Shown: positions 54,934 to 64,000 of the stretch, in pieces
How the letters are laid out: the number at the start of each line of letters is the position of its first letter
Position numbering within the stretch: the stretch's first letter is position 1
Source of the DNA: Chrysomallon squamiferum
Taxonomy: Eukaryota; Animalia; Mollusca
DNA: 64,000 bases
Direction of reading: 5' to 3'
NCBI GenBank assembly: GCA_012295275.1
Contig: CM022672.1
Span: 32,736,001-32,800,000 of the forward strand
Program-made: the position numbers and the translations under genes
Notes under the pieces: generated by a model
Seen by the model: only the letters and a program-made list of their open reading frames with translations
The model's database searches: none
Told to the model about the DNA's origin: nothing

Positions 54934-57640
54934 AATAAAACATTAATTCTACATTTTTGAACAACTATTACAATTTTATGTCTTCATTTTAATTTGGAGT
55001 GATGTTTTCAAGTAATATATATGTAGAGCGAAATAAAATTTAAGTAAAATAAAATAAAGTCAAACTGTATTTATTAAAATATTTCTTGTTGTTCCTGTAC
55101 TTTTTATTATCTGGGAATGTGTCTGTTTAAAACAAATTTGAACAAATCAAGTCAGAAGCTTTAAGTATGAATCTAATAATTTTAGAAATAAAAATAAACA
55201 TATTTTTATTTTTTTATTTTTACATTTTTAAATTGATAACAAATAAAATCTAAAATCTTTATCTTATTCTTAATTTAAAAATTGAAACTTTCTAAAATGC
55301 ATTTTCAATTGACTATTTCCTCTTACAGCTATGTTATCACTATTGGTGAATCAATGACAAAGTCTGTATTTACAAATAAACAATAAAATTATATCTAATA
55401 ATATTAATATTAAAACATTCTCAGATGAAATAAAGTAATTTATTATTTTGAAGTTTATAAAATCTGGTAGTAAATTGAATTACCTGTCCATTGTACCCAG
55501 CATCTGTTTACAAACATGTTGAGTACATCTGAGTGTCTGAGTCTGTACAAATTTCTCTTAACAGTCAGGACTGGAGAAGTGTCTGTTCTTCACTGAACTG
55601 TGCACTACACACATGGTCAAGTGGTCATCCTTGGCCTGAAGGAACCTGGCCTTTTTTCTGAACAGAAAGAGCTTTTACATTTATGATTCATAAACCTTTT
55701 ATGTGAAATAAATATTTGAGATAAAGTAATTAATAGTGGTTCTTGAATTATAACTTATAGATAAACAGGTCAAGTCGCCCAAACGGATCTTTGGCCATTT
55801 CAAGCCCGCTGCCCTGTACTAGTGATTAAGTGTATTACAGAGTATACAGTATAACTGTAGTGTATATTATACAATATAGGCCTATATATATATTTCGCAA
55901 AGTAATATTTAAAACTATATATGTATATACACATTTTTAATATACTAGCTGTTATGAAGTGGATAGGTATATTTAAAAATGTATTTAACATTTTGTTGTG
56001 TGTGAAAAGCATTGTTTTATATATAATTATCATGCTGATATTTTGAAGTAAAATACAGTTGTTATTGTTCTTGTTATTGTTGTTGTTGTAAAATCTTTTA
56101 CAACTATTAATCATGTATATTTGTTATATATATTTATTTTGTATTTACAGATGGTTGAATTTCCACTGGAGTCCATATTGTCCAAGATGTTTGTCATGTC
56201 ATTTCACTTGGCCTGTAGTTCTGGAATTGTCACAGTTGTGTCTGTGTTGTCTGTGCAAAGTGATTTATACAGACCTGAGGTTTGAAATTCATTTTTTGTA
56301 TTGGTATTACAGATCTGATTAAGCTAGTATAACATTAAACATCCAAAATTATTATTAAACAAATTTTACATAAAACATCTTTTGTACTGAAGATGAAAAC
56401 AAATACATACAAGGAAATGAATTTATTGTTTTTAAAAACAGAAAGAAGTAAAATTATTCATGAATAAAATAAATTATTTTTCCTCCATCTTAAAGATTTT
56501 TTCAATTTTTTTTTTTTTTTTATATTTATGGGAAATAATCTTTTTTAAGAAAAATGTTTGACACAATGAAAGTTTTGTCACTAAACTGAAAAAAAAAACT
56601 TGAAGCTTTCATTTTCCTTTTGGTTGGTTATTATGAACAATAATAAAATACAGAAAAATCTCAGCAAAATCAATTTATTCCGACTAAATAATTTGTTATT
56701 CTAATATTTTAGGTGGTATTTAAATAGTAATTTGTTTTTGTTTCCAGAGATTACCAATGATAAATTTTATAATTTTTTTTTTTTATTTTTTTTTTTTTTT
56801 TAATTAACTATAATTTTATTTATTAGAGTTATCAGTAATAAATGTTACAATTTTTTAGTTAACTCATTTCGTTGTTAAGGTTTATGAATCATAAATGTAA
56901 AAGCTCTTTCTGTTCAGAAAAAAGGCCAGGTTCCTTCAGGCCAAGGATGACCACTTGACCATGTGTGTAGTGCACAGTTCAGTGAAGAACAGACACTTCT
57001 CCAGTCCTGACTGTTAAGAGAAATTTGTACAGACTCAGACACTCAGATGTACTCAACATGTTTGTAAACAGATGCTGGGTACAATGGACAGGTAATTCAA
57101 TTTACTATCAGATTTTATAAACTTCAAAATAATAAATTACTTAATTTTATCTGAGAATGTTTTAATATTAATATTATTAGATATAATTTTATTGTTTATT
57201 TGTAAATACAGACTTTGTCATTGATTCACCAATAGTGATAACATAGCTGTAAGAGGAAATAGTCAATTGAAAATGCATTTTAGAAAGTTTCAATTTTTAA
57301 ATTAAGAATAAGATAAAGATTTTAGATTTTATTTGTTATCAATTTAAAAATGTAAAAAAAAAAAATAAAAATATGTTTATTTTTATTTTTAAAATTATTA
57401 GATTCATACTTAAAGCTTCTGACTTGATTTGTTCAAATTTGTTTTAAACAGACACATTCACAGATAATAAAAAGTACAGGAACAACAAGAAATTATTTAA
57501 TAAATACAGTTTGACTTTATTTTGTTTTACTTAAATTTTATTTCGCTCTACATATATATTACTTGAAAACATCACTCCAAATTCAAATGAAGACATAAAA
57601 TTGTAATAGGTGTTCAAAAATGTAGAATTAATGTTTTATT
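54934..57640. repeat. Long inverted repeat: arms 54934-55698 and 56877-57640, 1178-bp spacer
   Basis: 'aataaaacattaattctacatttttgaaca...gattcataaacctt' reappears as its reverse complement 'aaggtttatgaatc...tgtagaattaatgttttatt'. Confidence 0.93.
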
Positions 57641-57934
57641 CACTCCTGTTGATTTTCTTCATTTTACAAAAAGAAAAACAAGAATTGTAATTCACGGTAT
57701 AGAACAAAAAACAAAAAAAAAAGAAGAAAATAATAATTAAAACAAACAAATAGAAAAAAGAAACGCTATTACATGAATCTATTGCTCATTATTAATAACG
57801 AAATGTACAAAAGCAAAACGAAACAATAAAAATAACGATTGAGACAATAATGATAAATAGAATAAAAGAAAAATAGAAAAAGTAATACCACGATCAAAAT
57901 AACAATATAATAACAACATCAACAACAGCATAAA

Positions 57935-58026
<92 letters not shown>

Positions 58027-58120
58027 TTAATAAATGCTCATTGAAAAATCAGTGTAAGTAAATACTCCCAGCAGCCAATATTCCACATATAAAATTTCTG
58101 TACCCGTCCTCTCGCTCTCT

Positions 58121-58177
<57 letters not shown>

Positions 58178-58899
58178 CTACACTTTCTTTCACATACAAA
58201 TACGTCTCCTGTTTCACCATTGAACGCACACCCATAATCTCTCACATGCACACATACAAACTTGTCCCGGTGACCGAACGGTAACATCCTCCGCCTTCGG
58301 AGGGCGGGCGAATGGGTGCCATACGTTCTAGTGAAATACACACACACACCTATAAGCATAGACCTATAAACATACATACAAACAGATGTGTGTCACACAC
58401 TTGCTGAGTTACACATTCACTCATGCTTTAACGTTCGCATACATTTCAAATAAAGGTGAATAGTATATACACTGTGTAACTTTAAGAAAGGGAGATAAGT
58501 AAGGAACCAACTAAGAAACAAAATACGAGTAATTATATTTTGCAACGATTTTGTTTTGTTTTAACAGTAACACGCTCGCACACAATGAACACCGACACAC
58601 AAAAACACACACCGACGCACAAACACAAACTGATACATACAAATACACACAACAACACACACAAGTACACAGTGATATACGCAAATGCGTGCGCCTTTCC
58701 TCTTCTTATAATTTATTTCTTGATCAGAAGCGTTTCTGTAAAAAACATGCTTGTCCAAGAAGGTTATTTTAATTTAAATCTGATAATATATTAACAAAAG
58801 TGATAGCTTTACTTACACATTACCCTCAGTCACTGCATTATAATTCTGTAAAGTGTAAAATAGATTAAAAGTAAATTCATTTTAATAAAAAGGACAGCA

Positions 58900-58955
<56 letters not shown>

Positions 58956-59572
58956 TTATAAAAATAATACATTTCAAAATGCTATTAATTCAATAACATT
59001 ATGATCTTAAGGTTCACCAACATGTATGTAACTATCAGTTTATCAAAATACTTAATGTGCTACTACTAGAAACACTCTCACTACAAGTTTATCAGCATAC
59101 TTAGTTTGAATACTATAAACATTGACAACTACAAGTGTATCAACTTACTTATGGGTGTGTTTGTATGTATGCTTTTATGTATGTATGAACTACGTATATA
59201 TGTATGCTTTAGAAAGAGTTATGAGTGATTAGATGTGAGTGTATCTATATCCCTCTTCTCTCTCTCTCTCCGTACACACACACACACGTAGACACAAACA
59301 CATCCATAAATATAGACACACACACACACACACACACACAGATACACATACATATACATACTAGATCACATACAAACATATATACATAGATACAGAGATA
59401 GGTAGACAGATATTGATATATATGTGTGTATGTGTATGTGTGTATGTGTATGTGTGTATGTATGAGTTTGTGTGTTTATGAAAGACATTTAGATATGTGT
59501 GTGATCGTATATATATATGTTTAAGAAAGTATAAATACATGTATTTATGTGCTAGACAGACAATGCGCATTG

Positions 59573-59620
<48 letters not shown>

Positions 59621-59625
59621 TTGTA

Positions 59626-60347
59626 CAGTGGACCCTGATTCATTTGGGACCAGTCATAGGTGCCGTTTTAGACACAGTGCCGGCTTACACAAATTAAAAT
59701 GACACGAAATATATTTTATTTCTCGTGTTATTGTTAAGCATCTATCAAGTGTCATCTGAGAAACAGTCTGTCATAGACAACTGCTTTTTTTTGTTCTACT
59801 TTATTTATTTGTTTATTAGTTTATTTTTTTTCTTGTTTATCTCCAAAACAAACTTCTCTGTCATGGCCTCCATGTTTAACATCGATTGTAAAATCTGCTG
59901 TCGGTAGCAGCAACGAAATATTTAATTTGTTTTATAATTTTCAGAACATCAGTGTAAGAAATTTCGGTCACTGGGTCATTGTGTGTATCATCAGTCTATT
60001 CAGATTTTTGAATTTGTCGGTCGTTACTCTTTGCCGACATATTACTTTCGTACAACTGTTGGTAATGGTCACTAAGTTTTATAATGTCAAATATTTCCTG
60101 TCTTCATATTTCAGATTGCATTGCCAGGGTCTTAGTACAAACCCGCGGCAAAGTCTAGTCGCCTTCTTTTTATTCATTTATTTATTATTTCAAACACATC
60201 ACTTGAAAGTTGAATATCGATACATCTTGCCTCCATTTCGTCCAACGGTCTCCTGAACACATTCTGCGATCAGTCAGCGGACTTCAGTTTTTTAGATCGC
60301 TTTCCGATGAATTCAATAAAACAAAGCAAAATATGCGTCATACATTT
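59626..60347 (-). mobile_element. Degenerate Tigger/pogo-like element, 3' portion, truncated by the gap
   Basis: TA|CAGTGGACCCTG terminus at 59626. Minus-strand remnants DPVTEISYTDVLKIIKQIKYFV and KKQLSMTDCFS resemble Tigger transposase C-termini. Confidence 0.5.
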
Positions 60348-60547
60348 NNNNNNNNNNNNNNNNNNNNNNNNNNNNNNNNNNNNNNNNNNNNNNNNNNNNN
60401 NNNNNNNNNNNNNNNNNNNNNNNNNNNNNNNNNNNNNNNNNNNNNNNNNNNNNNNNNNNNNNNNNNNNNNNNNNNNNNNNNNNNNNNNNNNNNNNNNNNN
60501 NNNNNNNNNNNNNNNNNNNNNNNNNNNNNNNNNNNNNNNNNNNNNNN
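60348..60547. other. Assembly gap (200 N)
   Basis: Run of N. Confidence 1.
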
Positions 60548-61977
60548 TCATCCTTATGATACGAAGCGAAGTCTTTCACAGGATGTTGATGGGAGAACTT
60601 CGCGAACAAAACAGCATCCTGCTGCCTGATGTGCAGGCAGATATTTTCACAGAGTTTTTAAAGTATGTTCACACACACAAACACACACACACAATAACAC
60701 ACACACGCACACACACACACACACAGACACACACACACAAAAACACAGATACACATACAGCGACACAGGTACGAACATAGTGATTAACGAAACATACAAA
60801 CCGACATGAACGTTGATAAGAATACAGTTTTTGTTAGTAATCTAATTATTTTCTAATTAATTAATCTCCCATAATTATCTCTCGTTTTGAAGTCTTACTA
60901 TACATTCTTTTACACAGATATCTTTATACGGATGACGTCGTCCTAACAGGCCACAACGTCACCGATCTGCTGCATCTATCGAGGAAGTACATCGTCACGA
61001 CACTGGAAGATCAGTGCGTGCGCTATTTGGAGTCGTCGTTGTCGTCACAGAATGCGTGCGTCGTGCTGGAACAAGCTCACCTGTTTGATGAACATGATCT
61101 AAGAAAAAAAAGTCTGAACTACATTTTGGAAAATGGCGACGAAGTTCTGAAGTCAGATGAAGTCACCGATCTTTGTCACGAATGTCTGGTTGAAATCGTA
61201 CGATCAGACGAACTGACAGCAGACGAGAAAAATGTTTTCGAAGCCGCTGTGAAGTGGGCTGACAGCGCGTGTAAGAAGCAAGGAAGACAGACGAATGCAC
61301 AGAACATGCGCGAGGCACTGGGAGAGGCCGTGAAGCACGTGCGTTATCCATTACTCGATCAGACGTATTTTGTAGAACACGTGACACCCACTAACATACT
61401 CAGTGAAACAGAAGAAAACAAGATTTTGAATAACTGGGTGAAGAGTGATGAAGATGTTTCACCTTTTAACTCAAACAAGAGAACTGCAATGATGAAAACA
61501 CAGATTACAATAAACAGATTTGGTAGAACAAATGCTGTTTACTGCATATGTTCTGGTGAAGTATTTGATCAAGCCATTACTTTCTGTGTGAACAAAAACG
61601 CTTTACTTCGCGGATTTCAGTTGTACGGTCACCGTCAACCACGAAACTACGACGTCAGCGCCTTCGTCACTGACACAAGAACAGACGAGATACTGGACGG
61701 GTGTACGCTGACACAGAGATATGAACACGTGGTGTCTGACGTGTATGACGTCGTGTTCAGACGTCCAGTGAAGATTACTAAAGACACTGAGTACAGCTTG
61801 TTTGTTAATTTTAAGGGAGGAGACTCATTGTGTGGAGTTGAAGGTGAATCAGAAATTGTTGTAGACTCTTTTGTTTGTAGATTTTCTGAGTCACACAAAT
61901 CTAAACACGGTAACAGAATACTTGGTTTTACAGATGTGTTTGAAGGACAAATACCTGCTTTGTTATTTTTAGTGTAA
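60548..61977 (+). CDS. BTB/POZ-BACK-PHR domain protein (BTBD1/2/3/6-like), 5'-partial; exons <60548-60662 and 60918-61977
   Basis: ILMIRSEVFHRMLMGELRE...LPDVQADIFTEFLK|YLYTD...KYIV..LEDQC (BTB) spans a phase-2 GT-AG intron (60663-60917). BACK: VFEAAVKWA...VRYPL. PHR: INRF...DQAITFCVNK..LRGFQLYG...GQIPALLF*. Confidence 0.92.
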
Positions 61978-62148
61978 AAAACAACATCGTTCAAACACTA
62001 TCACTTTTAGTCATCACTGGAGTAATATTTTTATTTTTATTTATTTCTTTTTGATTTATTGATTTGTTTATTTCTTTGTTTACAATTTTTCTGATGACGT
62101 CAGACAGCAGTGATGACGTCATAGACACTTGATTTGATTTGAAATTTT

Positions 62149-62330
62149 CTAATGGATTGTTTTGTGTCAAACAGACACGTGTGAAATGTATATTAACTTC
62201 TCATTGCTTTATCATTTATTTATTTATTTAAGTATATCTAATGACACTAATGGATTGTTTTGTGTCAAACAGATACGTGTGAAATGTATATTAACATCTC
62301 ATTGCTTTATCATTTACTTATTTATTTATT
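62149..62330 (+). repeat. Two-copy direct repeat, 98-bp period, in the BTB 3' region
   Basis: 'ctaatggattgttttgtgtcaaacaga.acgtgtgaaatgtatattaac.tctcattgctttatcattta' at 62149 and 62247. Confidence 0.85.
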
Positions 62331-62843
62331 TATTGTTTAAGTATATCTAATGTTTTTAGTTTGTTTATAAAACTTAATATTTTTTACTATTTCTTGCTTC
62401 ATTTGTACTTTTTCTATTTCGGTTTAAAATGTGTATAAAATAAAATGTAGATAAATTATATATGTACTTACTGACTGTTGGACATGAAATACAAGAACTG
62501 TTATTTGATTTATTTATGAATTTTGTTTTATTCAGATTTATATTAAATATGTAAGTAAACTAGATTATGATTCAACTTTACTGTTTGTTTGTTTATGTAT
62601 AAGATCTATATAAAGAAAATGTAAATAAATTTGTTTTTGTATCATGAATTCTTACATCGTTTAGTTTTGGATTTAATTTGTGTTTAGAATATAAACAGAA
62701 AAATTATATAGACATGAAAATCAAGTTTTATTTTTTAGTTTCTGTAATACTTTTCTTTTCTGAATACAGCGAGTACTACATAAAGATGTTGTGAGACAGG
62801 ATTCCAGAGCAGATCCAATAACTGTACTGGATGTGTGTAGTCT

Positions 62844-63030
<187 letters not shown>

Positions 63031-63553
63031 GTAAAATAAAGAACAAATATACTTTAGAATAGAGTTATGAAAATACAGAGAAATTCCCAGGCTAACTTTA
63101 ATATATTATGAACAAAACTTTGAAAAATCCGGAGCTCTCTACTTCGGGTGTCTGGTGTAAATTCCAGAATAGAGTACATTTCATAAAGGTCATTTGATAA
63201 ACAATGACAACAATTAGCACGTAATTAGACTACAGCGTGGACAAGATGAATTGATCGCACTTTGTGAAATCTTAATAAACAATGATGCCAAGCTTCTTGT
63301 AATCTCTATACGCGGTATCCTCCCAACAGTCACATGGTCAGAAAAGTCATACAGTTTGGAAAGCAGTCAAGCAGTAAGTAAGCTGGGCACCCCTGTGTGG
63401 AGAATGATCAACTAGTCTTGGCTGTGTCTCACTGCTAACTGTTGTAATCACAACTCCGGTGGGAAGCTGATTAAGTGTGAACCAAACCTTGACCTGTGCT
63501 GTTATGAGCTGTATGACAAATAAGCCTGTTACTAATGGGAGGTAACCCTATAC

Positions 63554-63843
63554 CACTGGTTTTCAACCTTTTTCATACCGATGACTTATGAGCAACTCAA
63601 TATGAACGAAAATCGCTTTTAAAATTTTTGATTCAATAATATGAGGGGTTACCATATTTTCATCAAGCAAAGACAGTACAAAAGGAATCTATATTCACTA
63701 TGACGGGTCCCAAACCTATCTACTCGTTTTTATTTATTTCTCCTTCCAAGTCAAGTTGTACAAAGCTAACACATACCCTACCTGAAGAACGATCTCACAA
63801 TCCCCAGAAAAAAAGTCTGGCGACCCCAGGTTGAAAACCTATG
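63554..63843. mobile_element. hAT-type MITE, ~290 bp
   Basis: TIRs cactggttttcaacct / aggttgaaaacctatg, subterminal ggcgacccc, partially conserved 8-bp TSD ccctatac / cccttcat. Confidence 0.7.
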
Positions 63844-64000
63844 CCCTTCATGCAGCTAAATGAACAAAATCATTATTAGTGTGATACCTAAGTGAATTCA
63901 CTCATTTAAATTAAGAGCCAACAGCAGATGTCTAAATAAATACGTATGACGCATATTTTGCTTTGTTTTATTGAATTCGTTGTAAAGCGATCTAAAAAAC

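Larger units (their letters stand above)
35587..59366 (+). repeat. Copy B of the ~24-kb duplicated block
   Basis: Colinear with 1-23798 apart from indels, a 1.47-kb tandem duplication and an inverted duplication-deletion. Confidence 0.95.

Noticed and set aside
60210-60780. ORFs spanning the N gaps (also 23653-24036)
   Set aside because: Artefacts of translating N; only 60548-60662 is real BTB sequence.
61018-61977. 319-aa single-exon ORF starting at GTG
   Set aside because: It is the terminal exon of the spliced BTB gene; the frame continues upstream to the acceptor at 60917.

Overview
AT-rich, microsatellite-rich animal genomic DNA with two 200-N scaffold gaps (23799-23998, 60348-60547). 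Repeat content suggests a mollusc, probably a gastropod (inference, from memory of SINE consensus). The window is dominated by a ~24-kb block present twice in direct orientation: copy A 1-23798, ending exactly at a gap, and copy B ~35587-59366. This is either a real segmental duplication or an uncollapsed haplotype. Each copy has an intact intronless RING-less IAP gene (BIR+UBA, minus strand), a decayed hAT-Charlie transposon and exon-like remnants. Copy B also has a 1.47-kb tandem duplication and an inverted duplication-deletion that forms a 765-bp-arm hairpin. Between the copies lie a pogo-like element with a PHD remnant, Ig-domain pseudo-exons, a second degenerate PHD region and a 24-bp minisatellite. 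After the second gap are a BTB-BACK-PHR gene (5' end lost in the gap), Tigger remnants and a hAT MITE. I cannot demonstrate a new system. The best candidate is the IAP locus: an atypical BIR-UBA protein whose whole ORF lies between a canonical donor and acceptor, behind an in-frame uORF.
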